A DNA stretch of 55,454 nt, taken from a virus (Duplodnaviria; Caudoviricetes). Where the stretch lies: positions 1-55,454 of the IMG/VR virus record IMGVR_UViG_3300048687_000048. One strand, 5' to 3'. Under the pieces are notes generated by a model, which was not told where the DNA came from, did no database searches, and saw only the letters and a program-made list of their open reading frames with translations. A program made the translations under genes and the position numbers. This document shows, one piece after another, positions 1-10,763 of this stretch (the first letter of the stretch is position 1; every line of letters starts with the position of its first letter).

Positions 1-2
1 TC

Positions 3-1073
3 GGCAACCACTTCACGGTTACTGGAGGAGGGACCCTCACCTGGGAGGGTGATACAGGGCTATGGCGCTCCGCACCGTTCACGCTTCGAGTGAACAAGCG
101 CCTCACCGTGGACGAGACGATCGCTGCCGGCGGGGACATCACCACCGATGGCAACGTCACGGCGCTGGGCCGGGTCAAGGGCCGCAACCTGCAGACCGGG
201 AACACGGCCTCCCGGCCGGCCACCGGTCAGATCGGTGAGATCTACCAGGACGAGACGAGTGGCCGGATCTACGTCTGGCGCAACAGCACCTGGAAGGAAC
301 TGGCGACGCTCGACAGCGCCCAGCCGACCGGCGCCGTGATGACCAGCGTGGAGCCGCCTTCGGTGATGATCCCGCTGGGCTGGGTGCCCTTCGACGGGCG
401 CACGGTGACCGAGGCCGAGTACCCGGCGATGTTCGCCCTGACGTCGATGCAGGGCTACATCACCGGCACGGCACCCAACCGGGTGATGACCATGCCGCAG
501 GCCGAGGGCAAGGTGCTGATGACCCGCTGGGCGGCGACGGCCGGTCAGGTAGGTGGGACGACCAACAACCGAGTCGCCCTGGCACTGACCAACATGCCCC
601 GGCACCGTCATTACACGGCGCTCTCCCCCTCTGGTGGCGGGCCGCTGCGAGGCACCATCGGCCGCTCCGGGACGCACGCTCACGGCGTCGGCGGCGGTGA
701 GCACTGGCACACCCTCAACGACCCCGGTCACAAGCATGGCGCTCTGGAGGGTGTCAGCGGCCAGGCCAGCGCTGCGGTCGGTCTGTTCTGGGGTGGACGC
801 AACAAGATCGACGCCTACTTCAACGACCGCAACCACACGTACTCGGTGGAGGCGTTGCAGTGGACGATGCCAGCGACCACCGACATCTCCATCAACTCGG
901 CAGGTTCCGAGCACGGTCACATCATCGGCCAGGACGGTGACCACGACCACCCGCTGTATCTCAACGACCAGGCGCCGCACACCCACCCTGTCTCCGAGCA
1001 GGACCAGGGCGACGGCGCCCCGTTCGACATCACCCCCGCCCACCTCACCGTCTACACGTACATCCGCTCATGA
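3..1073 (+). CDS. Tail fibre protein (5'-partial) with tail-collar domain and His-x-His metal-binding tip
   Basis: Frame is open from position 3. Collar-like segment IPLGWVPFDGRTVTEAEYPAMFA, then LTNMPRHRH and repeated HxH motifs (HAH, HWH, HKH, HGH, HDH, HTH), as in T4 gp12/gp37-type tips. Confidence 0.75.
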   Translation, partial: GNHFTVTGGGTLTWEGDTGLWRSAPFTLRVNKRLTVDETIAAGGDITTDGNVTALGRVKGRNLQTGNTASRPATGQIGEIYQDETSGRIYVWRNSTWKELATLDSAQPTGAVMTSVEPPSVMIPLGWVPFDGRTVTEAEYPAMFALTSMQGYITGTAPNRVMTMPQAEGKVLMTRWAATAGQVGGTTNNRVALALTNMPRHRHYTALSPSGGGPLRGTIGRSGTHAHGVGGGEHWHTLNDPGHKHGALEGVSGQASAAVGLFWGGRNKIDAYFNDRNHTYSVEALQWTMPATTDISINSAGSEHGHIIGQDGDHDHPLYLNDQAPHTHPVSEQDQGDGAPFDITPAHLTVYTYIRS

Positions 1074-1783
1074 CGTTCGTCGGCTCAAGGTTCGGACAGG
1101 ACGGACCCCCTCGGATCGCTACGTCGTCCGAGCTACTGCTGGAGGCCACCGAGATGCCACCGATACCGAACTATCAGGCGCTCATCCCGTTCGTCCCCGG
1201 CACCGTCACTGACACCGACACCAGTGCCTTCGAGACGTTGTCGGACGGCCATCTGTTGTGGCGGAAGACGCCGGCCCGTTGCGACCTGATGTTCTACCAA
1301 GGCGACGACGTCGTCATCCCGCTCTACTTCGATGACCCGGCGCTCACCGGCGACAACATGGAGTTGGGATACACCTGGCACTCGCAGATCCGTGTGTTGC
1401 ACAACTACCGCAGCACGTTGGTCAACACCTTCACCACCCACGCCGACTACACGGCTGCTTCGACCGGGGTGACTGAGGCGACGCTGGTGGAGTTGTTCCT
1501 GCCTCGCAGCCTCAACACCCACTGGGGCCTCTACCGCTGGGACCTGTACTCGGTCAGCACCCAGGACTACAGCCGCTTCCCCAAGCCCGATGACGTGGAG
1601 ATCTGGCCTCCGCCGGACGAACTCCGCACCTGGCTCTACGGCCTGGTGAAGATCGCCCCACGGGTGACGTCCACCGACGCCCTGCCGCCGCTGGCCGACG
1701 TTCCCACCATCGGTGGGCCGGCCGGACCGGTGGCACTGAGCAACGGCGGCTATGCGGTCGGACCGAACGGGAGGGTGCCATGA
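1070..1783 (+). CDS. Putative virion structural/adapter protein
   Basis: ATGA overlap with the upstream gene. The DLMFYQGDDVVIPLYF segment is typical of small beta-sandwich tail accessory proteins. Confidence 0.5.
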   Translation: MTFVGSRFGQDGPPRIATSSELLLEATEMPPIPNYQALIPFVPGTVTDTDTSAFETLSDGHLLWRKTPARCDLMFYQGDDVVIPLYFDDPALTGDNMELGYTWHSQIRVLHNYRSTLVNTFTTHADYTAASTGVTEATLVELFLPRSLNTHWGLYRWDLYSVSTQDYSRFPKPDDVEIWPPPDELRTWLYGLVKIAPRVTSTDALPPLADVPTIGGPAGPVALSNGGYAVGPNGRVP

Positions 1784-2001
1784 GCGCCATCGATGTCGCT
1801 GTCAGCAAGGGCGCTCCGATCGCCATCACCCTCGGGGGCAGCACCCAGCCGATCAACGTCACTGCGGGCACGACCGGTCCTCCGGGACCAAAGGGCGACA
1901 AGGGCGACGAGGGAGGCACGCCGGTGGTGGCCGTGGCCTACGCCGACTGGCCTCCCGTCAACCCCGCCGCCAACACCCTCTACCTCAGACTCGCCCCGTA
2001 A
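1780..2001 (+). CDS. Small protein with short collagen-like repeat
   Basis: GTTGPPGPKGDKGDEGG; ATGA coupling to the upstream gene. Confidence 0.6.
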   Translation: MSAIDVAVSKGAPIAITLGGSTQPINVTAGTTGPPGPKGDKGDEGGTPVVAVAYADWPPVNPAANTLYLRLAP

Positions 2002-2010
2002 GGAGACATC

Positions 2011-2418
2011 ATGGGTTCCAAGTCCGACGCCTATGAGCTTGAAATCCTCAAGCTCACCACCGGTCAGGCAACGACGCTCTTCACCTCGACGCCGATGACG
2101 CCGTTCCTGGCGTTGTTCACCGCCGACCCGTCCGACTCGGCGGCGGGCACCGAGGTGACCGGTGGCAGCTACGCCCGCCAGCCGGCCTCAAGCTCGTCCA
2201 AGTGGGCGGCGCCGGCTGCCGGCTCGGTGACCACCAACGCCGTCATCACCTTCCCCACCGCCAGCGCCAACTGGGGCACCGTCACCGGCTTCGCCCTGAT
2301 GTCGGCGGTCACCGGCGGCACCCTGTTGATGTGGGGCACGCTGACGGCCTCCAAGGTCGTCAACAGCGGTGACACGGCCAGCTTCGCAGCGGGGCAGTTG
2401 ACGCTCACGGAGGACTGA
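2011..2418 (+). CDS. Phage minor tail/fibre-associated protein
   Basis: RBS AAGGAG. Motifs LALFTADP...EVTGGSYARQ...ITFPTASANWGTVT...FAAGQLTLTED match a common phage structural family. Confidence 0.7.
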   Translation: MGSKSDAYELEILKLTTGQATTLFTSTPMTPFLALFTADPSDSAAGTEVTGGSYARQPASSSSKWAAPAAGSVTTNAVITFPTASANWGTVTGFALMSAVTGGTLLMWGTLTASKVVNSGDTASFAAGQLTLTED

Positions 2419-2419
2419 C

Positions 2420-3529
2420 ATGGCCGGCAAGATCACCGACCTGGGGGTCTTGACCGGCGCCGCTGCGGCCACGACCGACCTCATCGAGACGGTCGATGTC
2501 TCCGACACGTCGATGGCGGCGACGGGCACCAACAAGAAGATGACGTTGTCCGACATGGCGACGTTCGTCGCTGCCCAGGGTGGGGCGGCGACCGGCACCA
2601 AGATGACGGCGCTCACGGCGCTCACCGGGGCGAACGCTGCGAGCACCGACATCTTGGAAGTGGTGGACATCTCCGACACCACGATGGATGCCTCGGGCAC
2701 CAACAAGAAGATGACCCTGGCCGAGGTCATCGCCTACATCAAGCTCGCCGGAGGAGCGGTCCCGGACGGGGACAAGACCGATATCACGGTTTCAGGCAAC
2801 ACCTGGACCATCGATGGCGGCGTTGTGACATACGCCAAGATGCAGAACGTCTCGGCTACCAGCCGGGTGCTCGGTCGCATCACGGCCGGTGCGGGTGTGG
2901 TCGAGGAACTGACCGCAGCGAACCTCTCGACCATCCTCGGCCTGGGCTCGTTGGCGACCAAGTCCACGATCCTGTCGGCCGACATCACCGACAACACCGT
3001 CGCCAACAACGACCTGGCGGTGATGCCCACGCTGACGATCAAGGGCAACAACACGGCGGGCACGGCGGCGCCGCTCGACCTCACCGCAGTGCAGGTCCGC
3101 TCGATGATCGCCAGCGGTGCCGGGGCGCTGTTCGGGTTCGACTTCGACACCACCACCACGGCCGGTCCGACAGCGACCCGGTTACGGCTGAACAACGCCA
3201 CGCCGGCTTCGGCCACCATCGTCTACGTCACCTACACGACCAAGGACGGGGCTGACCTCAAGACCCGTCTGCTGGCCGGCACGGCCGGCGACCGTCTGTA
3301 CATCCAGGAGCGGGCCAACTCCGCCAACTGGCGGCTCTACGAACTGACCGGCGCACCGACCGACAACTCGACCTACGCCACCTGCAACGTCGTCCACCGT
3401 GGTGGCGCCGGCTCGCTGTGGACCAACTTGGCCGAGATCATCGCCGGCTTCATGACGGCGGCGATCACCATCGGCACCTCGGCCCCGGCGTCACCCTCGA
3501 CCAACGACCTGTGGGTGGACACCACCTGA
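2420..3529 (+). CDS. Tail fibre-like structural protein with duplicated N-terminal module
   Basis: Two copies of K(I/M)T.L..LTGA.AA.TD..E.VD.SDT.M.A.GTNKKMTL; C-terminal TIGTSAPASPSTNDLWVDTT. Confidence 0.6.
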   Translation: MAGKITDLGVLTGAAAATTDLIETVDVSDTSMAATGTNKKMTLSDMATFVAAQGGAATGTKMTALTALTGANAASTDILEVVDISDTTMDASGTNKKMTLAEVIAYIKLAGGAVPDGDKTDITVSGNTWTIDGGVVTYAKMQNVSATSRVLGRITAGAGVVEELTAANLSTILGLGSLATKSTILSADITDNTVANNDLAVMPTLTIKGNNTAGTAAPLDLTAVQVRSMIASGAGALFGFDFDTTTTAGPTATRLRLNNATPASATIVYVTYTTKDGADLKTRLLAGTAGDRLYIQERANSANWRLYELTGAPTDNSTYATCNVVHRGGAGSLWTNLAEIIAGFMTAAITIGTSAPASPSTNDLWVDTT

Positions 3530-3530
3530 C

Positions 3531-5897
3531 ATGACGATCACGTTCACCGGGGCCGGGACCGCCGTATCGGCCACCGGTGCGTCGTCACAAGTGGTGACGA
3601 CGACGACAGCGTTCGCTGTGGGCGACTACATCGTCGCCTTCATGGCCTACGACAACACGGGCGGCGGCGGTGCTGACCCGGTGTCGGGAGTCACCAGCAT
3701 GGCCGTGTCGGCGGGCTCGGTGGTCGGCGGTTCAACGATGACCGGGATCAACGACCCCAGCACGGCTAGCTCGGGCCTTGCTGCCCGTGCGGACATCAGG
3801 AAGGTCACGGGAGCGATCGCCTCGGGATCGACGGTCACGGTGTCGTGGTCGGGCACCGTCACGATCCGCTCCGTGGTCCTCATGAAGGTGTCCACCAACG
3901 TCAGCGGTGCGACCCTCAACGCTCGTATCAACTCTGGCAACGGCTCCACGATGACCAACACGGTGGGCGCTGCGACGGCGACGTTGGTGACGCCGTCTGC
4001 CACCGCCGGTGAAGGTGTGTTGTGTTACGCCGGACATGAGAACGGTGCCGCCTTCACCGGTGACGCCGACACGACCAACGGCACCTGGAGTGCGGTCTAC
4101 GGAGCGTTTCAGGGTTCAGGCCTCACCGGCATGGCGGCGTACTTCCAGGCCAAGGTCGTCACCGCCACGGCCACGCAGTCCTGGGACATCACCGGTACCT
4201 CGTCGGACTGGATCCAGGGTGCCACGATCTTCACGGAGACGGCTCCGCCACCGTCGATCACGCAGCAGGACTTCTGCTTCTACGCCGAGGGCACCGAATC
4301 GGGCAGCACCGCTCCGGTCGGACAGGGCTTCGTCTACAACCCCGACCTGACCGCTGGCGATGTCAGCATGCATCTGCGGTTCCTGCTACAGGCCACAACG
4401 GCGAACGCTGTCCCTGCTTCCGACTGGCAACTCCAGTACGAGAAGAACAGCGTCGGTGGCTGGATCAACGTCACCACGGGCACCACCAACGCCGCTGCCT
4501 ACAACTCGGCCAACCTGACCGAGGGCCAGGCCACTACCAATCGCCTCACCGGCGGCACCGGCACGTTCGAAGCGGGCAAGGTGTCCGAGGACGGCACGGT
4601 GGACACCGTGGGGTGGGCGGGGAGCAACTTCACCGAGTTGCTGTACGCCGTCACGTTGAAGTCGGCCAACCTCGTCAACGCCGACTCCATGCGGTTCCGT
4701 GTGGTCAAGAACGGTGCCACCACCGACATGACCTACACGACGCCGGGCACGGCGTTGGCCCAGGTCGTCAAGCTGTCGGTCGCCCAGCACGGCTACCAGT
4801 TCTACGCCGATGGCACCGAGACGGGAGCGACATCACTGGCGGCGGCGGACACCGCCATCAGCAGCGACGTGACCCTGGCTGCGGCGCTGGTGCAACTGCG
4901 GACCCGCCTGCAGACGACATCGAGCGTGTCTGCGCCGGCCACCGACGACTGGCAACTGCAGTACGAGAAGAACGCCAGCGGTACCTGGGTCAATGTCGAT
5001 CCCAACCCCACCGGCTACGTCAAGGCGGCGAGTGGGGGCAGTGCCCTCAACACCCAGTACGCCGGTTTCGGAATGCCCTTCTACGGCAACGGGCAGAAGC
5101 TGATCCAGAGTTCCGTCTACCTGAAGCGAACCGGCACCCTCGGGTTCAACGTCATCGCTGAGGTCTACGCCCACTCCGGCGTCTTCGGATCGAGCAGCGT
5201 GCCGACAGGTGCCGCCCTGGCGTCGGTGACGTTGCCAGCGTCAACGGCGCCCACGACCTTCGGGTGGGTGGACTTCACCTTCGACGGGACGCTCACGCTG
5301 GTCAAGGGCACGCCTTACGTGGCAACGCTCAGGGTCAGTACCCCCGGCAGCACGGGGATTGACTTCGCCCTTGACCTTGGTCTTGGCGGCCTCACTGGCA
5401 ACGTGCCGGTGCTCTTGGTGAGCAACGGCACCTGGACGTACTTCAGCGATGCGGGTGCGTCCATCCGAGTGTTGACAACGCCACCTGAGGTGTACGCCTA
5501 CGACTCGGCCAGCCTCACCGATGGAGCAGCTACCACGAACCGGTTGAGCACCGGCAGCTTCGGCAGCTTCGTCGCCGGCAAGGTGTCGGAGGACGGCCTC
5601 GTGGACAACGTCGGCTGGTCCGGCAACAACTACACCGAGTTGCTGTACACGATCGGCATGGCGATGACGCTGGCGAACGCCACCACGCTGCGCTTCCGGA
5701 TACTGCGGAACGGTGTGACCACCTTCATGATCTACTCGGTCACGCCGACGATCTCGATCATCGCTCCGGCTGGTGGGCTGATCAAGGTGTGGAGTGGCAG
5801 CGCCTGGGTGGACAAGCCGGTCAAGGTGTGGACCGGGGCGGCGTGGGTGCAGAAGCCGGTGAAGGTCTGGTCGGGCTCGGCATGGGTGTTGAGTTGA
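3531..5897 (+). CDS. Large virion appendage protein with internal domain duplication and C-terminal KVW.G.AWV repeats
   Basis: 788 aa. Motifs FYA.GTE.G.T, DWQLQYEKN and AGKVSEDG.VD.VGW.G.N.TELLY each occur twice; three KVWSGSAWV-type repeats at the end. Confidence 0.6.
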   Translation: MTITFTGAGTAVSATGASSQVVTTTTAFAVGDYIVAFMAYDNTGGGGADPVSGVTSMAVSAGSVVGGSTMTGINDPSTASSGLAARADIRKVTGAIASGSTVTVSWSGTVTIRSVVLMKVSTNVSGATLNARINSGNGSTMTNTVGAATATLVTPSATAGEGVLCYAGHENGAAFTGDADTTNGTWSAVYGAFQGSGLTGMAAYFQAKVVTATATQSWDITGTSSDWIQGATIFTETAPPPSITQQDFCFYAEGTESGSTAPVGQGFVYNPDLTAGDVSMHLRFLLQATTANAVPASDWQLQYEKNSVGGWINVTTGTTNAAAYNSANLTEGQATTNRLTGGTGTFEAGKVSEDGTVDTVGWAGSNFTELLYAVTLKSANLVNADSMRFRVVKNGATTDMTYTTPGTALAQVVKLSVAQHGYQFYADGTETGATSLAAADTAISSDVTLAAALVQLRTRLQTTSSVSAPATDDWQLQYEKNASGTWVNVDPNPTGYVKAASGGSALNTQYAGFGMPFYGNGQKLIQSSVYLKRTGTLGFNVIAEVYAHSGVFGSSSVPTGAALASVTLPASTAPTTFGWVDFTFDGTLTLVKGTPYVATLRVSTPGSTGIDFALDLGLGGLTGNVPVLLVSNGTWTYFSDAGASIRVLTTPPEVYAYDSASLTDGAATTNRLSTGSFGSFVAGKVSEDGLVDNVGWSGNNYTELLYTIGMAMTLANATTLRFRILRNGVTTFMIYSVTPTISIIAPAGGLIKVWSGSAWVDKPVKVWTGAAWVQKPVKVWSGSAWVLS

Positions 5898-5898
5898 T

Positions 5899-8436
5899 AT
5901 GGCACTAACACAGGCACGTCTCACCCAGGGCGGGGGCATGCGTGGGCTGCAGGCCGGCTCGAATCGTGTGTTACAGAACTACGTTCCTGCCGGAGCACCG
6001 CCGACCCCTGTCATCCAGACGAACTTCACCGGGACGGACGGTGCTGCGCTGACCACCCTCGCCAACACGGGCTCGGCAGGCGGCAACGCCTTCGTGTACC
6101 AGTCCATCTCTCCGACGGCGCCCCCCGCCTGGACAGAGGAGATCTCCGGGAACCGGGGGCTGATCCGCACCGACCCGACCAACGAGTTCTACTCCACCGA
6201 CCTCTTCACCGCCGTGGGACCGGTCGTCACGACGATTTACTTCTCGATGGTCATCACCAGTGTGGCGGCGGGCGGTTACATCGTGCTGCAACCCCGTGTC
6301 GGCGGGGACGGCGGCGCAGCAGCACTGGAGTTCTGGATCCACGCCAACTTCCTGGTCCTCGCCAACTCCGGCAACGTCGGTCATGGGCTCACGTTCGCTG
6401 ATGGCGACAAGCTGCATGTGCTGTTCCGCTCCACCGGCACGTCGTACTCGGCCAGGCTGTGGCTCAACAACAACACGCAACCGTCGACCCCCACCGCCAC
6501 CGGAACCGGCGGGACCGGAGCGGCCGGGCAGATCCTGCTCCAGGTCAAACGAGGACCGGGGCAGAACAGCCTCTACATCGATGACTTCGCCGTCTTCGAT
6601 GACGCAACCGTGACGTGGCCGCCCCCACCGACTCCCAGCCTGGTCGTCCTCTACGACAACTTCAACCGGGCTGATGGCGCTGACTTCGGGGCGCTGTGGG
6701 ACAAGCGCACCCCCGATGGATGGCCGTACGCCGGTATCAGCAGCAACCAGGCAGCCGACACCGGCTCGGCCAACAACGTCGGCTACCTCCGCAACGACTT
6801 CACCCCCGCCGATCCCAACTACACGTTCTCGCAGATCGACTACCTCACGGCAGTGGCCGAGACGTTCACACCCTCCATCTGCCACGACGGCACCAACGTC
6901 TGGCGGCTGGGCTATGAGTTCTTGTCGCAGCCGTGGCAGGACCAACTCTTCCTCCATCGTGACGGCGTGCAGGTGGCGCAGTTCCCGACCCCTGGGTTCA
7001 CCACGTCGCACTGGGCCACGCTCCGCATCGAGCGCCGAGTGGATCGCATCACTGGCATCGTTGACGGCAAGGTCATCGGGGTCTACGTCGATCCGACACC
7101 GTTGACCGGCACCAAGATCGGCTTCGGGTTCGGCACCGGGAATGGAGCGTGTCGGCAGGACAACTGGCAGGGTGGCGACCTTGCCGTGACGACTCCGGTC
7201 CTCACACCGTTGTTCACCGACGTCTTCACCCGTGCCGACACCACGGCGCCGGGGCTCGGAGCGGAGTGGTACGCACCGTCCTGGGCGATCCAGAGCAACC
7301 AGGCGACCAAGACAGGCGGCAGCGGGGACTTCGCCGTGTTCCAGCACGACCTGGGCACGCCGGACGTCTGGGTCGAGGCCACCACGACACCCAACGGTCA
7401 GTTCAACGTGGTCAACCTGCGCCGCCCGTCAGCCACCGACAATGCCTTCGGCGCCACCGGCTACATGGGCTTCATCGATCCCGGCAACGGTCAGCCGGTC
7501 ATCGGAAAGGTCGTCAGCGGCACCTACAGCGATGTGCAGCGGGGCGACGCCATCCCCAACTTTGGCAGCGGCACCAACTACCGGCTCCGCCTGGAGGCGC
7601 AGGGCTCGTCGCTGCGGCTCTACGTGGACGACATCCTCCGGGTGATCACCACTGACACTGCGGTCCCCACCGGCAACTACGTCGGCATGAACTCCGGCAA
7701 CGGCACCATCGACAACTTCCGCTGCGGTGTCCTGGCTCCCCAAGGTGTCATCCAGTCGGTCCCCGGTCTGTGGGCGTGGATCGATCCTGACGTGGCCGTG
7801 ATGGCGGGCACCAACGTCAACTGGGTGCCCAACAAGGGGTCGAGCAACGCCGCTGCCATCGCCACCGGCACGATCGCCACGGCAACGGTCAACGGGCACA
7901 AGGTGCTCGACCTCTCTGGCGGGACGGCGGGATACCTCCAGACCAGCCAGGAGGGCGGCAACGGCGGTGTCTTCAAGAAGCAAGAGTTGAGTTGTGTGGT
8001 GGCGTACAAGGCCACGGGGGCTGGCCCCGGCAGCATGTTCGCCGTGAGCGTCGGCCATGACGATGGTGGGAGCGGGTACTCCGTCACCGATGCGATGTGC
8101 ATGCGGTCGGGGGGCACGGGGATCTTCCCGCAGGCGCTCCGCAACTGGATCGACCTGGGCACGATCACCGGTCCCGTTGACACCTGGGCGGTCGCCATGT
8201 GCACCATCGCCCCGAACGGTGACAGCCAGGTCTTCTGCAACACGACGACAGGGTCGGTGGTTTCCAACGACAACGGAGCCTTCAGGATCAACGCCGTGCG
8301 GATCGGGAGGGACCTGGGCGGCATCGATCCGTGGTGGGGACAGATCGGGGACGTGATGGTCTTCAACCACGTACTGACCTCGACCGAGCGCACCACGATT
8401 CGGACCTACCTCAACGCCAAGTACGGCATGTCGTGA
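5899..8436 (+). CDS. Multi-domain lectin/LamG-like receptor-binding or appendage protein
   Basis: 845 aa. Repeated D.F.RAD-led beta-sandwich modules separated by Pro-rich linkers; LamG-like end GQIGDVMVFNHVLTSTERTTIRTYLNAKYG. Confidence 0.6.
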   Translation: MALTQARLTQGGGMRGLQAGSNRVLQNYVPAGAPPTPVIQTNFTGTDGAALTTLANTGSAGGNAFVYQSISPTAPPAWTEEISGNRGLIRTDPTNEFYSTDLFTAVGPVVTTIYFSMVITSVAAGGYIVLQPRVGGDGGAAALEFWIHANFLVLANSGNVGHGLTFADGDKLHVLFRSTGTSYSARLWLNNNTQPSTPTATGTGGTGAAGQILLQVKRGPGQNSLYIDDFAVFDDATVTWPPPPTPSLVVLYDNFNRADGADFGALWDKRTPDGWPYAGISSNQAADTGSANNVGYLRNDFTPADPNYTFSQIDYLTAVAETFTPSICHDGTNVWRLGYEFLSQPWQDQLFLHRDGVQVAQFPTPGFTTSHWATLRIERRVDRITGIVDGKVIGVYVDPTPLTGTKIGFGFGTGNGACRQDNWQGGDLAVTTPVLTPLFTDVFTRADTTAPGLGAEWYAPSWAIQSNQATKTGGSGDFAVFQHDLGTPDVWVEATTTPNGQFNVVNLRRPSATDNAFGATGYMGFIDPGNGQPVIGKVVSGTYSDVQRGDAIPNFGSGTNYRLRLEAQGSSLRLYVDDILRVITTDTAVPTGNYVGMNSGNGTIDNFRCGVLAPQGVIQSVPGLWAWIDPDVAVMAGTNVNWVPNKGSSNAAAIATGTIATATVNGHKVLDLSGGTAGYLQTSQEGGNGGVFKKQELSCVVAYKATGAGPGSMFAVSVGHDDGGSGYSVTDAMCMRSGGTGIFPQALRNWIDLGTITGPVDTWAVAMCTIAPNGDSQVFCNTTTGSVVSNDNGAFRINAVRIGRDLGGIDPWWGQIGDVMVFNHVLTSTERTTIRTYLNAKYGMS

Positions 8437-10751
8437 CCCGCTACCTGGAATCCGCCGCCGCTCGCAACGAGGAGGACGGCTCCCCTCGTGCGTTGGAGTC
8501 AGGGTTGACCTCGGCGTTCTGGACAAAGTGGGCGGCGACGGCGAACGCACCGGTCGAGGTAGACATCGACTCGGTCACCTGGGCCGGTGCCTGGGCTGAC
8601 GGTACGGCGTGGGCCTTCCACACCATTGCCGATGTTGCTGGCAACGACATGCTCGTGGAGGCCGATGTCCTGATCCCGGCGGGCAACGACTGGCGAATCG
8701 GTGTCGTTGCTCGGGCCAGTGGGTCCGGGTCTGGGACCGAGAAGGGCTACGGCTTCGTCATCGAGGCATGGCAGTCCAACTGGGCGCAGACGTGGCGTTT
8801 CTGGGGGACAGGCGTGTCGGAGTTCTTCGGCACGACCTGGAGCCCCGGCGCTCTCACGAGTGGCACCACGCACAAGATGGGCGTCAAGGTCGTGGGCAAC
8901 GACGTGTTGGTCTACTGGGACAGCGTCCTCGTCGGCTCCAACACGGACACGCTCAATGCCGCACCGACTGGGCTGCGGGGTGGTGTCGTGGGTATGGGCA
9001 CTGTTGCTGCCGCAGCCTGGGACAACCTTGCTGTCACGACAGCTACCGGTGGGCAGGTAGCACTTACCGGCACCTCCAGTGGCACCTCGACAGCCACCGG
9101 CTCAATGACGGTCACGGCAGCAGTCGCTTTCGCTGGCAGCACGCCCGGTACCTCCACGACGACCGGCAACATGGCGGTGGCGAAGCCGCTGTCCGCTGTC
9201 ACGCCTGCCGGCGTGAGTACCACGACCGGCAACATGATCGTGGCGAAGGCACTGATCGCCGTCACGCCGGCTGGCCTCAGCACGACGACCGCCACCATGG
9301 CTGTGGCCCGTGCGCTGGCTGGGACATCCGATGGTGTGAGCACCACGACGGGAGCACTGGCCCGAGCGGTTCCGCTGTCCGGCACGAGTGCAGGGCTGTC
9401 GAGTGATACAGGGGTATCGGTCGTTGCGGTTGCACTTGCCGGAAGCTCGACAGGCTCCAGCACCACCGTCGGTGACCTCGGGGGCGGCACGTCCAAGGCG
9501 ATGGCCGGTCAGGCTGACGGCACATCCACGGTGACGGGCTCGATGGCTGTGGTTCATCCGATGAGCGGGTCCTCGACCGGGTTCAGCACGACCACGGCTG
9601 CCATGGCGACGGCTGATGCCTTGGCTGGGACAACCGGTGGGCTGAGCACCACCACTGGATCCATGGCCGTCGCTCGTCCGATGGCCGGAACCACGGGCGG
9701 CTTGAGCAGCACCACGGCCACTGCTGCCGTGGCTGTTGCCCTGGCAGGTACCTCGACCGCCTTGAGCACCACCACCGGAGCGTTGGCACGAGCCGTTCCG
9801 CTGGCGGGCTCGGCGGCGGGGTTGTCCTCCACCACGGGAGCGGCGGTCAGCGCCGTTGCGCTGGCCGGCACCTCGACGGGCCTCAGTCAGACCACGGGTC
9901 AGATGGTCGGCACGGCGGTGACGGCGCTCGCCGGTACGTCAGGAGGGTTGTCCTCCACGACCGGAGCGATGGCTGTCGTCAAGTCGTTGGCCGGCTCCAC
10001 CGGCGGACTCTCGTCCACGACGGGTGCCCTCGGCGTGGCGATCCCGATGTCGTGTATCACACCAGCCGGTGCCTCGACCACTACTGGTGCGATGGCCGTG
10101 GCTCGCTCGCTCGCCGGGAGCACGACCGGAACCTCCACCACGACCGGGGCCACGGCTGTTGCCAAGGGCTTGACTGGCACCACCGGCGGTAGCTCCACGA
10201 CGACGGGAGCTATCGCCGGCACCACGGCGTGCAGCGGAACGACCGGTGGCACGTCCACGACCACCGCCACCATGACGGTCGCTGCTCCCAACAGCCTCGC
10301 TGGCTCCTCAGGCGGTAGCTCTACGACGACGGGCAACCTCGGTGTCACGGCCCGGATGTCGGGCAGCACTGGTGGATCGAGCACCACGACCGGCGCCCTG
10401 GGCAAGGCCATCCCGATGGCTGCTGTCACACCGGCCGGGTCGAGCACGACGACTGCTTCGATGGCCGTGGCCCGGCCGTTGGCCGGCTCCTCCAGTGGAT
10501 GGGGTGCGACGTTGGCGACGGCCCGTGTCGCCGTGGCGTTGGGTGGCTCCTCCGGTGGTCAGAGCACGATCGATGGCGTACTCCCGGTGGCTCACTCCCT
10601 GCAAGGAGCCAGCAGCGGGCTCTCCGCTTCCACCGGCACCCTGCAGGTGGTCTTCATCGCTCCCATCTACGGCATGTGGAACGGGCAGGTCGTCGTCGCC
10701 ATGCAGTACGGCGACAAGCAGGTAACCGCCTGGCTGATGGTCCCTTCATGA
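8433..10751 (+). CDS. Ala/Gly/Ser/Thr-rich repeat protein with N-terminal lectin-like domain (probable fibre/stalk)
   Basis: GTG 8433 overlaps the upstream TGA (the ORF-track start at 8331 is unlikely). About 19-aa repeats such as LAGTTGGLSSTTGAMAVARP from roughly 9060 to 10650. Confidence 0.65.
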   Translation: MTRYLESAAARNEEDGSPRALESGLTSAFWTKWAATANAPVEVDIDSVTWAGAWADGTAWAFHTIADVAGNDMLVEADVLIPAGNDWRIGVVARASGSGSGTEKGYGFVIEAWQSNWAQTWRFWGTGVSEFFGTTWSPGALTSGTTHKMGVKVVGNDVLVYWDSVLVGSNTDTLNAAPTGLRGGVVGMGTVAAAAWDNLAVTTATGGQVALTGTSSGTSTATGSMTVTAAVAFAGSTPGTSTTTGNMAVAKPLSAVTPAGVSTTTGNMIVAKALIAVTPAGLSTTTATMAVARALAGTSDGVSTTTGALARAVPLSGTSAGLSSDTGVSVVAVALAGSSTGSSTTVGDLGGGTSKAMAGQADGTSTVTGSMAVVHPMSGSSTGFSTTTAAMATADALAGTTGGLSTTTGSMAVARPMAGTTGGLSSTTATAAVAVALAGTSTALSTTTGALARAVPLAGSAAGLSSTTGAAVSAVALAGTSTGLSQTTGQMVGTAVTALAGTSGGLSSTTGAMAVVKSLAGSTGGLSSTTGALGVAIPMSCITPAGASTTTGAMAVARSLAGSTTGTSTTTGATAVAKGLTGTTGGSSTTTGAIAGTTACSGTTGGTSTTTATMTVAAPNSLAGSSGGSSTTTGNLGVTARMSGSTGGSSTTTGALGKAIPMAAVTPAGSSTTTASMAVARPLAGSSSGWGATLATARVAVALGGSSGGQSTIDGVLPVAHSLQGASSGLSASTGTLQVVFIAPIYGMWNGQVVVAMQYGDKQVTAWLMVPS

Positions 10752-10763
10752 GAGGATGTGGAC

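Noticed and set aside
3-10751. Diversity-generating retroelement acting on the fibre genes
   Set aside because: No reverse transcriptase and no template/variable repeat pair differing at adenines was seen. The duplications are protein-level domain repeats.
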